Shown one piece after another: positions 54,953 through 64,000 of a stretch of 64,000 nt of DNA. The stretch's first letter is position 1; each line of letters opens with the position of its first letter. The translations under genes were made by a program, and so were the position numbers. Under the pieces are notes generated by a model. It was not told where the DNA came from and searched no databases. It was given only the letters and a program-made list of their open reading frames with translations. The stretch is from Flavobacteriales bacterium (lineage in GTDB: Bacteria; Bacteroidota; Bacteroidia; UBA10329), in contig JAGYJL010000007.1 in assembly GCA_018402015.1 (NCBI GenBank), positions 13,440 through 77,439 of the forward strand, in the 5' to 3' direction.

Positions 54953-55737
54953 TGGGATACGGATTATTAAAAGGAAAGAAAGGAATCATTTTTGGTGCGT
55001 TGGACGAGCGTTCCATTGCTTGGAAAGTGGCAGAGAAATGTGTGGAAGAAGGAGCTGAGATACTTCTAACAAATGCGCCTGTTGCATTAAGAATGGGCAA
55101 GATCAACGAACTGGCCGAAAAACTAGGAGCCGATATCATTGCTGCCGATGTAACCGTGATGGAAGACCTGGAGAATCTTATAGGAAGCGCAAAAGAAAAG
55201 TTTGGTGGCATTGATTTCGTTCTGCATTCGGTGGGAATGTCGCCAAATGTGAGAAAGGGGAGAGGCTACACGGATCTGAACTACGACTTTTTCCACAAAA
55301 CCTTGGATATTTCGGCCATGTCGTTGCATCGGGTATTGCAAACCTGCTACAAAATGGATGCTTTAAATGAATGGGCATCCGTAGTGGCATTAACCTACAT
55401 AGCAGCGCAAAGAACTTACACAGGTTATGGCGATATGGCAGAAGCGAAAGCCATGCTCGAAAGCATTGCGCGCAGTTTCGGACATCATTACGGGGTGAAA
55501 AATAAAGTACGTGTCAATACGATCTCTCAGAGTCCTACGGTTACCACGGCAGGTTCTGGTGTAGAAGGTTTTGACGATTTCATTAATAATGCCGACAAAC
55601 TTTCTCCATTAGGAAATGCTTCTGCTGAAGAATGCGCAGATTACTGCGTAACGCTATTCTCTGACCTTACTAGGAAAGTGACCATGCAGAACCTTTTTCA
55701 TGATGGAGGATATAGCAGCATGGGTGCGGCTGAATAA
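54952..55737 (+). CDS. fabI: enoyl-[acyl-carrier-protein] reductase (NADH) FabI
   Basis: LLKGKKGIIFGALDERSIAW, HSVGMSP, and Y..MA.AKA (YGDMAEAKAMLE). TAATG overlap with recN. Confidence 0.9.
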   Translation: MGYGLLKGKKGIIFGALDERSIAWKVAEKCVEEGAEILLTNAPVALRMGKINELAEKLGADIIAADVTVMEDLENLIGSAKEKFGGIDFVLHSVGMSPNVRKGRGYTDLNYDFFHKTLDISAMSLHRVLQTCYKMDALNEWASVVALTYIAAQRTYTGYGDMAEAKAMLESIARSFGHHYGVKNKVRVNTISQSPTVTTAGSGVEGFDDFINNADKLSPLGNASAEECADYCVTLFSDLTRKVTMQNLFHDGGYSSMGAAE

Positions 55738-55757
55738 ACTTCAATTTTACTGGACAT

Positions 55758-55789
55758 AAAAAAGGCGGGAATTGAATCCCGCCTTTTTC
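55758..55789. terminator. bidirectional rho-independent terminator (fabI / clpC convergent)
   Basis: AAAAAAGGCGGGA-attgaa-TCCCGCCTTTTT, with an A-run and a T-run on either side. Confidence 0.75.
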
Positions 55790-55809
55790 GTTTCCATTGA
55801 TCAGTAAGA

Positions 55810-58347
55810 TCAATCTTTCTTTTTGGATGCCTTTGGCTTCTTAACCGTAATCACAAGTTCTTCCGCGTCCTTAACATGGTTTACTTGTAGCACATCGCCT
55901 TCATTAATGGTAGAACCAATAATGGCCTCTGCCAATGGGTCTTCCAAATATTTCTGAATGGCACGCGCTAGCGGACGAGCACCAAAGTCAGGATCATACC
56001 CTTTCTCGGATAGAAAGTCTTTAGCCGTCTTATCCAATTCGATGGTATAACCCGCCTCTTCAATTCGTTTGAAAACACCTTTCAATTCAAGGTCAATGAT
56101 CTGGAACAGATCTTCTTTCTTCAGTTGATTGAAGAGAATCACATCGTCAATTCTATTCAAGAATTCTGGAGCAAACGCCTTTTTCAATGCCTTCTCAATA
56201 ACTCCTCTTGAATGGTCGTCAGATGCAGAGGTTTTCGCCTGAGTGGCAAAACCAACTCCTTGACCAAAATCCTGCAATTGACGTGAGCCAATATTCGAGG
56301 TCATGATAACTATCGTATTCTTGAAGTCGATCTTACGCCCAAGACTATCGGTCATCTGTCCATCGTCCAATGCCTGAAGCAATAGATTGAACACATCTGG
56401 GTGAGCTTTTTCAATCTCATCCAACAACACTACAGAGTAGGGCTTTCTTCTGACCTTCTCAGTCAACTGACCACCTTCTTCGTAACCAACGTATCCCGGA
56501 GGCGCTCCAACCAATCTAGAGATGGCAAATTTCTCCATGTATTCGCTCATGTCAATTCGAATAAGCGCATCGTCAGAATCAAATAGATATTGCGAAATCA
56601 CCTTTGCTAATTCCGTCTTTCCAACTCCTGTAGGTCCTAAGAAAATGAAGCTACCGATAGGCTTGTTCGGGTCCTTCAACCCCGCACGATTACGCTGTAT
56701 GGCCCGAACAACCTTCTTAATGGCATCGTCCTGACCGATAACCTTGCCGCGCATTTCTTCGCCCATATTCTTTAAGCGAGCACCTTCGTTCTGCGCAACA
56801 CGATGAACAGGGATTCCGGTCATCATAGAAACAACCTCTGCCACATGCTCTTCTGTAACTGTTTCGCGGTTCTCTTTGGTATCATCTTCCCACTTCTTTT
56901 TCTCGCGCTCCAATTCTTCCTGTAGTTTACGTTCCTTGTCTCTAAGGTTCGCTGCTTCTTCGTATTTCTGACTACGGACAACGCGGTTCTTTTCTTCCTT
57001 GATGTCGTCAACTTTCTTCTCCAATTCCACAATCACTTCCGGAACATGAATATTGGTGATGTGAACACGTGAACCTACTTCATCCAACGCATCGATGGCT
57101 TTATCTGGTAGAAAACGGTCTGTCATGTAACGATTGGTAAGCGTTACACATGCCTTGATCGCCTCATCCGTGTAATTAACGTTATGATGCTCTTCGTATC
57201 GATCTTTGATGTTGTTGAGAATTTCAATGGTCTCTTCTGGAGATGTAGGATCTACTATTACCTTTTGGAAACGTCTTTCAAGCGCACCATCCTTCTCAAT
57301 ATATTGTCTGTATTCATCAAGTGTAGTAGCACCAATGCATTGTACCTCACCACGTGCCAACGCTGGCTTGAACATGTTTGATGCATCCATGGAACCAGAA
57401 GCACCGCCTGCACCTACAATGGTGTGTATCTCATCTATGAAAAGAATAACGTCTGGAGACTTCTCCAACTCATTCATTACTGCCTTCATTCTCTCTTCAA
57501 ATTGACCACGGTATTTTGTACCTGCTACCAAAGAGGCCAGATCAAGCGTTACAACACGCTTTCCGAACAGTACTCGAGATACCTGACGCTTCACGATACG
57601 TAGGGCAAGTCCTTCTGCAATGGCCGATTTACCAACACCTGGCTCACCAATAAGAATAGGATTGTTCTTCTTCCTTCTACTAAGAATCTGTGAAACACGC
57701 TCAATTTCCTTCTCGCGACCAACTACAGGGTCCAGTTTACCTTCTTCGGCAAACTTGGTAAGGTCTCGACCAAAATTGTCCAGTACAGGAGTCTTAGATT
57801 TAGGATCAACAGCCTTACGAACCGGGCCAGCGCCACCTCCAAAAGAGTCGCCATCTTCATCCTCATCAGAAGACTCACTATGTTTTGATTCTATCTTGGT
57901 CTCGGTTTCACCCATTATCATTTCAACTTCTTCCCGGACTACATCATAATCTATTCCTAGCTTTTTCATACTTCTTGTTACTACGTTATCCTCATCCTTT
58001 AGAATGGCCAACAAAAGATGCTCCGTACCAATAGTAGGGCTCTTGAAGACTTTCGCTTCCAGATAGGTGATTTTCAGTGCCTTTTCGGCCTGTTTAATTA
58101 ATGGAATGTTTCCGAGGTTCGATTTCTTGGCCGACTTCCCAGTATGCGTGGCAGCTTCAATTTCTTTTCTCAGATTCTGAATATCTACATCAAGATTATT
58201 CAGAATACGGATAGCAAGACCTTCTCCTTCGCGAATAATACCGAGAAGTAGATGTTCTGTTCCTATATACTCATGACCCAATCTTAAAGCCTCTTCTCGA
58301 CTAAAGCTGATCACATCTTTTACCCGTGGTGAAAATTTCGCGTCCAT
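55810..58347 (-). CDS. clpC: ATP-dependent Clp protease ATP-binding subunit ClpC
   Basis: Two Clp_N repeats, two AAA+ modules ([16 protein letters not shown]), and a UVR-like linker [20 protein letters not shown]. 845 aa. Confidence 0.9.
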   Translation of the reverse strand: MDAKFSPRVKDVISFSREEALRLGHEYIGTEHLLLGIIREGEGLAIRILNNLDVDIQNLRKEIEAATHTGKSAKKSNLGNIPLIKQAEKALKITYLEAKVFKSPTIGTEHLLLAILKDEDNVVTRSMKKLGIDYDVVREEVEMIMGETETKIESKHSESSDEDEDGDSFGGGAGPVRKAVDPKSKTPVLDNFGRDLTKFAEEGKLDPVVGREKEIERVSQILSRRKKNNPILIGEPGVGKSAIAEGLALRIVKRQVSRVLFGKRVVTLDLASLVAGTKYRGQFEERMKAVMNELEKSPDVILFIDEIHTIVGAGGASGSMDASNMFKPALARGEVQCIGATTLDEYRQYIEKDGALERRFQKVIVDPTSPEETIEILNNIKDRYEEHHNVNYTDEAIKACVTLTNRYMTDRFLPDKAIDALDEVGSRVHITNIHVPEVIVELEKKVDDIKEEKNRVVRSQKYEEAANLRDKERKLQEELEREKKKWEDDTKENRETVTEEHVAEVVSMMTGIPVHRVAQNEGARLKNMGEEMRGKVIGQDDAIKKVVRAIQRNRAGLKDPNKPIGSFIFLGPTGVGKTELAKVISQYLFDSDDALIRIDMSEYMEKFAISRLVGAPPGYVGYEEGGQLTEKVRRKPYSVVLLDEIEKAHPDVFNLLLQALDDGQMTDSLGRKIDFKNTIVIMTSNIGSRQLQDFGQGVGFATQAKTSASDDHSRGVIEKALKKAFAPEFLNRIDDVILFNQLKKEDLFQIIDLELKGVFKRIEEAGYTIELDKTAKDFLSEKGYDPDFGARPLARAIQKYLEDPLAEAIIGSTINEGDVLQVNHVKDAEELVITVKKPKASKKKD

Positions 58348-58605
58348 CTTGTTCTCCTCAACTGTTATTTAATGTGGCAATTTGTTCATAAAACAGAGAA
58401 CAAAGACCTCATGTTCAAAAATACTTTTGGCCTACCTGCCAGTTTTTCCGAAAAGCCGTTTTTATCAACAGAAATCTGTTAGTAATAAATGGGTATCCAA
58501 CCTGCTGAAAACCCCAGTAGCACTGGCTAAAAGCGTATTTTCGGAAGCTAATTTCACGCATGGTTTGTCAAAGACCGTGCTAAGAGTAAAAACTAACATT
58601 TTGTC

Positions 58606-61182
58606 ATGGCAGAAGGAGAGAGGATAATTCCGATCAATATTGAAGAAGAGATGAAAACCGCCTACATCGATTATTCGATGTCGGTTATTGTTTCGAGAGC
58701 GTTGCCCGATGTGCGCGATGGTTTGAAACCGGTTCACAGAAGAGTTCTATTCGGCATGCTCGATCTTGGAGTAAGAGCAAATAGCGCCTATAAAAAGTCG
58801 GCTAGAATTGTTGGAGAGGTGCTCGGTAAGTATCACCCTCATGGCGATTCATCGGTTTACGACACAATGGTACGTATGGCACAGGAATGGTCGTTGCGTT
58901 ATCCTTTGGTTGATGGGCAAGGAAACTTCGGTTCTGTGGATGGCGATAGCCCTGCCGCAATGCGATATACGGAAGCACGACTTCGCAAAATTGCTGAAGA
59001 ATTGCTTTCTGATATCGATAAGGACACCGTTGATTTCGCTTTGAACTTTGACGATACCTTAGAAGAACCAACGGTTCTTCCAACCCGTATTCCAAACCTC
59101 TTAGTAAATGGTTCTAGCGGTATTGCCGTTGGTATGGCCACCAACATGGCGCCCCATAATCTGACAGAGGTAGTAAACGGAACCATCGCTTTCATCGACA
59201 ACAGAGATATCGAGATATCTGAATTGATGGAATTCGTTAAAGCCCCCGATTTTCCAACTGGTGGTATCATCTATGGTTATGATGGTGTTCGTGATGCGTT
59301 CGAGACAGGTAGAGGTAGAGTAATGATGCGTGCCAAGGCTGAGTTTGAGGAAACGAAAACAGGCCGAGAGCAGATTATAGTCACCGAGATTCCTTATCAG
59401 GTGAATAAGGCCGAGATGATCAAGAAAACGGCCGAGTTGATCATGGACAAGAAGATCGAAGGTATCAGTGATATCCGAGATGAGTCCGATAGAAAAGGTA
59501 TGCGCATCGTTTACGAACTGAAGCGCGATGCCATTCCAAACGTTGTGCTGAATACCTTATATAAGTATACTGCACTTCAGACCTCTTTCAGCGTTAATAA
59601 TATTGCCTTGGTAAAAGGTCGTCCGGAGATGCTGAACCTGAAGGACATGATCAAGCATTTCGTTGATCACCGTCATGATGTAGTTGTTCGCAGAACCAGG
59701 TACGAACTCGATCAAGCAGAGAAACGCGCGCATATCCTTGAAGGTCTCATCATTGCATCAGATAATATTGATGAGGTAATTGCATTGATCCGCGCTTCAG
59801 CTAGTCCGGACGAGGCGCGTGAAAAGCTTATGGAGCGTTTCAGCCTTAGCGATATTCAGTCTCGTGCAATTGTCGAAATGAGACTTCGTCAGCTTACAGG
59901 ACTCGAGCAAGATAAGCTACGTGCAGAGTACGATGAGTTGATGAAAACCATTGCCGACCTGAAAGACATCCTGTCTAGCGAGGAGCGAAGAATGGAGATC
60001 ATTAAGGAAGAGTTGGTCGTTATCCGCGATAAGTACGGAGACGAACGTAGGAGCGAGATCGTTTATGCTGCCAACGACCTTCGTATGGAAGACATGATTG
60101 CCGATGAGGAAGTGGTTATCACAATCTCCCACATGGGTTATATTAAACGTACTCCGCTAGCGGAATACCGTGTTCAGAGTAGAGGAGGAGTAGGCTCCAG
60201 AGCAAGCACCACAAGAGATGAGGATTTCTTGGAATACCTGTTTGTAGCAACCAACCACAACTACATGCTTTTCTTTACGGAGAAAGGTCGTTGTTTCTGG
60301 ATGCGTGCATTTGAAATTCCGGAAGGAACCAAAACAAGTAAAGGACGCGCCATTCAGAACCTTATCAATATCGAATCAGATGATAAGGTAAAGGCATTCA
60401 TTAAGGTTAAAGACCTGAAAGATGAAGAATACATCAATAACCACTACGTTATAATGTGTTCTCAGCAAGGAATCATCAAAAAAACCACGCTTCAAGCATA
60501 CTCGAGACCACGTGTAAATGGTATCAATGCTATTACCATTAAGGAAGGTGATCAACTCCTAGAAGCTAAGCTTACCACTGGTGATAGTCACATCCTCATT
60601 GCAGGTACACATGGCCGTTGTATCCATTTCCCAGAAGAGAAAGTAAGACCAATGGGTCGTACTGCTGCGGGCGTTCGCGGAATCAATCTTCCTGAAGGAG
60701 CAAAGGTTGTTGGCATGATCTGTGTAGAAGATCTGGAAAATGATACCGTTATGGTAGTTTCAGAAAACGGTTACGGAAAACGTTCTGCAGTGGAAGATTA
60801 CCGTATCACCAACAGAGGTGGTAAAGGTGTTAAGACCATGAATGTAACCGATAAGACCGGGGCATTGATAGCTATCAAGAACGTTGTTGATGAAAACGAC
60901 CTGATGATCATTAACAAGTCGGGTATCGCTATTAGAATGGATGTGGCCGAGATCAGAGTAATGGGTCGTGCAACGCAAGGAGTGAGACTCATCAATCTGA
61001 AGGGCAAAGATTCCATCGCTGCTATCGCTAAGGTTGAAATCTCGTCTGACGATGCGGATCTAGAGGAGTTTGACGAAGATGGAAACCCAATTCCAAGGGC
61101 GGAAGTTGAAGACGGAGATGCTCCAGAAACGAATGAGGAGAACTCATCTGAAGACACAGAAACCAACGATAACGAAGAGTAG
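58606..61182 (+). CDS. gyrA: DNA gyrase subunit A
   Basis: [27 protein letters not shown], active-site AAMRYTE, the beta-pinwheel CTD, and an acidic tail. Confidence 0.95.
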   Translation: MAEGERIIPINIEEEMKTAYIDYSMSVIVSRALPDVRDGLKPVHRRVLFGMLDLGVRANSAYKKSARIVGEVLGKYHPHGDSSVYDTMVRMAQEWSLRYPLVDGQGNFGSVDGDSPAAMRYTEARLRKIAEELLSDIDKDTVDFALNFDDTLEEPTVLPTRIPNLLVNGSSGIAVGMATNMAPHNLTEVVNGTIAFIDNRDIEISELMEFVKAPDFPTGGIIYGYDGVRDAFETGRGRVMMRAKAEFEETKTGREQIIVTEIPYQVNKAEMIKKTAELIMDKKIEGISDIRDESDRKGMRIVYELKRDAIPNVVLNTLYKYTALQTSFSVNNIALVKGRPEMLNLKDMIKHFVDHRHDVVVRRTRYELDQAEKRAHILEGLIIASDNIDEVIALIRASASPDEAREKLMERFSLSDIQSRAIVEMRLRQLTGLEQDKLRAEYDELMKTIADLKDILSSEERRMEIIKEELVVIRDKYGDERRSEIVYAANDLRMEDMIADEEVVITISHMGYIKRTPLAEYRVQSRGGVGSRASTTRDEDFLEYLFVATNHNYMLFFTEKGRCFWMRAFEIPEGTKTSKGRAIQNLINIESDDKVKAFIKVKDLKDEEYINNHYVIMCSQQGIIKKTTLQAYSRPRVNGINAITIKEGDQLLEAKLTTGDSHILIAGTHGRCIHFPEEKVRPMGRTAAGVRGINLPEGAKVVGMICVEDLENDTVMVVSENGYGKRSAVEDYRITNRGGKGVKTMNVTDKTGALIAIKNVVDENDLMIINKSGIAIRMDVAEIRVMGRATQGVRLINLKGKDSIAAIAKVEISSDDADLEEFDEDGNPIPRAEVEDGDAPETNEENSSEDTETNDNEE

Positions 61183-61227
61183 AATCGGATTTTGTAATCA
61201 CTTGTAGAAAAATTAAACCATAAAGTA

Positions 61228-62439
61228 ATGACCATTAAGAAGACAACGCTATTGTCAGCGACCCTTTTAGTGATGAGTGCATCGGTGTTCGGACAAGCAT
61301 CTAAACGTACCAGTGCCAACAACTATCTCGAATACGGTGAATTGGACAATGCTGTAGAGGCAATTGAGCCTACCATAACTCACGAAAAAACCATGGCAGA
61401 TCCAAAGACATGGTTCTTTAGAGGTAAGATTTACCAGGCTGTTTACGAAACCAAAGATGAGAAGTATAAAACACTGCACCCGAACCCGTTACAGGTTGCA
61501 GTTGAAAGCTTTCTTAAATGTTTGGAACTGGATGAAAAGAATTTTCATACAGATATAACACTGCAATATTTAGACGTTCAAGGAAAGCAGTTTGTAAACG
61601 AAGGAATCACCAAATACAACGCAAAGGATTACGCTGCTGCGTTACAGGCATTCCAAAACACCTTAACTATTTGCGACATTCCTGAGATAAAGAGGACAGA
61701 TTCACTGTCTATCTATTATGCAGGAGCTTGTGCTGAGCAGATCGGTGATCTGGAACTTTCTGAAAAGTACTATCGCCAAGCAATTGCCATTGGATACAAG
61801 GCAGAAGCGGCTTTTGTACGCATGGAAAGAATGTATGCTGCGGCTGGAAATGACGACAAAGCGTATGAGATTCTGAAAGAAGGGCGTAAAGCATTCCCAA
61901 ACAACCAAACAATGGTTACAGATGAGGTGAATGTGTACTTGAAAAAAGACCAGCATAAAGAAGCCATGGAAGCACTTCAAGTGGCAATTCAAGGAGAACC
62001 TGACAATGCATCATTACATTTTGCACTCGGTTTCGTGAACGATCGCTTAGCAGCAAAAGAAATTGAAGCCGATCCAAAAGGAAACGATGCATACACGGGA
62101 TATTTGGCTGCGGCAGAGAAAAGCTACGCAAGGTCAGTAGAGTTGGATGGCGAAAATTTTGACGCAGTATACAACCTTGGAGCCTTGTACTTTAACCAAG
62201 CTGTTAAAATGCAGGAAGCCGCCAATTTGATTGATGATACCAAGAAGTATGAAGCTGCAAAAGCTGAATCGGATAAAGTGTTTGAAAAATCGCTTCCAAT
62301 TCTAGAAAAGGCTTACCAGATCAATCCAGACGATAAAGGTGTATTGATTTCACTCAAGCAATTGTATTACAGGAAGATGGTGGAAGACCCAGCATACAAA
62401 GAGAAGTATGATGAAGTTATGGCGAAGATGAAAGGCTAA
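61228..62439 (+). CDS. TPR-repeat secreted protein
   Basis: Signal peptide and several TPR-like helices (AAALQAFQNTL, ELSEKYYRQAIAIGY, AMEALQVAIQGEPDN). Confidence 0.7.
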   Translation: MTIKKTTLLSATLLVMSASVFGQASKRTSANNYLEYGELDNAVEAIEPTITHEKTMADPKTWFFRGKIYQAVYETKDEKYKTLHPNPLQVAVESFLKCLELDEKNFHTDITLQYLDVQGKQFVNEGITKYNAKDYAAALQAFQNTLTICDIPEIKRTDSLSIYYAGACAEQIGDLELSEKYYRQAIAIGYKAEAAFVRMERMYAAAGNDDKAYEILKEGRKAFPNNQTMVTDEVNVYLKKDQHKEAMEALQVAIQGEPDNASLHFALGFVNDRLAAKEIEADPKGNDAYTGYLAAAEKSYARSVELDGENFDAVYNLGALYFNQAVKMQEAANLIDDTKKYEAAKAESDKVFEKSLPILEKAYQINPDDKGVLISLKQLYYRKMVEDPAYKEKYDEVMAKMKG

Positions 62440-62462
62440 GCCCTTAGCTTAGCAACATTTTA

Positions 62463-62501
62463 AAGAAGAGGGAGTCACGGATAGACTTCCTCTTCTTTTT
62501 T
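62463..62501 (+). terminator. rho-independent terminator
   Basis: AAGAAGAGGGAGTC-acggata-GACTTCCTCTTCTT forms a 14-bp stem (one G-U pair) running into TTTTTT. Confidence 0.75.
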
Positions 62502-62719
62502 CAATACTATTTAACATAATATTAATTATAGTTTTTAATTTGAGTTTAATTCCGTAGCGTATTTTTAGCAATTCTTACAATCATCCGAAATATTGCAAAT
62601 ATTCGGTGTCAACCATGCAAAGGTGTTTGCTTGTGAAACAGTAAATGGTCTTATCAGAACAATATTGGATTACCTCTGTTACCATTCAATCGATTTTTCA
62701 ACGAATCCTTTAGTTGGCT

Positions 62720-63913
62720 ATGATAAAAGCGTTTACATCAATTTTACTTTTCGTTCCTGTTATCTTGTTTGCTCAAACCTGGGGACAAATTGCTTCGATG
62801 CCAGTTGGCAAACACCACCCGGTAACTTTCTCTCTTCATGGTAAAGGTTACGCAATAACTGGTTCGAATTCTGCTGATCAACCAACTGATGATGTATTCC
62901 AATATGATCCAGCAATAAACCAATGGTCTGAGCTTACTTCTTTCCCCGGACCAGATAGAAGTTTCGCTATTGGACAAGCATATAACGGCAAAGGTTATTT
63001 AGGGTTTGGAGCTTCAAATACTTCTTATTTCAATGATATTTGGGAATACGATCCTGAAACAGACAATTGGAGCCTGCTAACCAATTGCGATTGCTCTGGC
63101 CGAAGACATCCTGCTTTTATTATTAGAGATGATAAAATTTATGTTGGATTAGGAGACAATGCCACCGGAGATCTTGATGATTGGCATATCTACGACATGT
63201 CCACAGACACATGGACGCAAGCTAACGATATCCCAGGAGAAGGTCGACATCATCCGTTCATGTTCCCTGCTGGCGACCACGTATACGCAGGTATGGGCCA
63301 CAGTGGAAATCTTATTTACGATGATTGGTATAAATTCAATATTGAGACCGATACATGGGAGACCATGGCTGATTTTCCAGGCGAAGCGCGCGTTGCGGGA
63401 ACTCAATTCGGGCATCAAGGTAAAGGATACGTGTTAAGCGGAGATGGTAGCAATCACAACTTCATGCCAACAGGTGAATTTTGGGAATATGATCCTGAAA
63501 CAGACTCATGGACAGAACTAACTCCCCATCCGGGAATCAGTAGATGGGCACCCGGTTCCTTTGTAATTGACGGTGCAGTATACTTTCTAGGCGGACAGAA
63601 TCGCCAATCGGGAGCTATTCTCAATGATCTATGGACTTACCAACTCACTTTGTCAACTTCTGTAAACGAATTTGAATCCAATAGACAAGCTCAGTTTTAT
63701 CCCAATCCAGCTTCAGATATGCTATTCATTGAAAACACATTCGATGGGAATGCAACGATTACAATCAGCAATATCTCAGGTCAAATTGTTCATCAAGTTG
63801 CCGCTAATTCAAAGAATAGCGCCATCGATATTTCACATTTCGAAAGTGGCGTTTACACCGTATTTATTCAATCGGACACCAACACGCTTAGAAAAAAGCT
63901 GATTGTTCAATAA
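62720..63913 (+). CDS. Kelch-repeat beta-propeller protein with T9SS type A CTD
   Basis: ATG at 62720; the track starts at a TTG at 62714. Repeated ...W....P..R.....F...GK.Y.G.G... blades. C-terminus FYPNPASDMLFIEN...GVYTVFIQSDTNTLRKKLIVQ. Confidence 0.75.
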   Translation: MIKAFTSILLFVPVILFAQTWGQIASMPVGKHHPVTFSLHGKGYAITGSNSADQPTDDVFQYDPAINQWSELTSFPGPDRSFAIGQAYNGKGYLGFGASNTSYFNDIWEYDPETDNWSLLTNCDCSGRRHPAFIIRDDKIYVGLGDNATGDLDDWHIYDMSTDTWTQANDIPGEGRHHPFMFPAGDHVYAGMGHSGNLIYDDWYKFNIETDTWETMADFPGEARVAGTQFGHQGKGYVLSGDGSNHNFMPTGEFWEYDPETDSWTELTPHPGISRWAPGSFVIDGAVYFLGGQNRQSGAILNDLWTYQLTLSTSVNEFESNRQAQFYPNPASDMLFIENTFDGNATITISNISGQIVHQVAANSKNSAIDISHFESGVYTVFIQSDTNTLRKKLIVQ

Positions 63914-64000
63914 CTAGGAAGATCGGGCTAATATCAGGCTCGTCTTCCGTTCAGTGGAAAGACTTACTTTAGAAACTCACTTAAACGAGTATGAAGTCTT

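Noticed and set aside
60798-61322. 174-aa - strand ORF
   Set aside because: It is antisense to the gyrA C-terminus and the acidic tail, and its composition is low-complexity Ser/Leu. It is a shadow ORF.
62585-62606. CCG-AAATATT-GC-AAATATT-CGG motif upstream of the Kelch gene
   Set aside because: It is a short AT-rich direct repeat with 3-nt inverted flanks. This could easily arise by chance in an AT-rich spacer, and no supporting copies were seen.
63991-64000. ATG (MKS…) at the window edge
   Set aside because: Only 10 nt are available, so it cannot be evaluated.

Overview
The window looks like a chromosomal segment of a Bacteroidota genome, probably Flavobacteriia-like. This is inferred from content only: seven proteins with type IX secretion (T9SS) C-terminal sorting domains, PorD/DUF4835, a complete MoxR-DUF58-BatA-E aerotolerance operon, Bacteroidetes-style TAnnTTTG -7 boxes, and the GTCAT...ATGAC hairpin repeats common in this phylum. 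About 60 genes are supported. The right third is a housekeeping block: bamD, rpoZ, coaC/coaB, porD, recN, fabI, clpC, gyrA. icd and a partial dapA lie elsewhere. The remainder is mostly secreted or surface proteins, transporters and lipid-related enzymes. No rRNA, tRNA, CRISPR array, transposase or integrase was recognised.

Observations most worth a second look:
1. An 856-bp divergent intergenic region (23271-24126) is filled with a perfectly phased 21-bp/63-bp tandem array. Differences between copies show a codon-like 3-nt phase bias. It lies upstream of an orphan, leaderless FN3 protein.
2. Four divergent paralogs of a small STAS/SpoIIAA-like protein surround a COG3573-type flavoprotein (14216-17781).
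3. A 1.66-kaa LamG-SprB-PKD adhesin carries an internal domain with the signature motifs of the eukaryotic thrombospondin C-terminal lectin domain.
4. There are eukaryote-like lipid enzymes. A PTPLA/HACD-like dehydratase is packed in an operon with GH97 and a TauE-type permease. Separately, an SPT-like alpha-oxoamine synthase sits near a DAGK-fold lipid kinase and a GT4.
5. A ~125-140-nt structured repeat follows the stop codon of two consecutive T9SS cargo genes, one of them a heavily decayed pseudogene.
6. coaBC is split with an ATGCCTGA overlap.

All function calls rest on motif or family recognition by eye. No database search was run.
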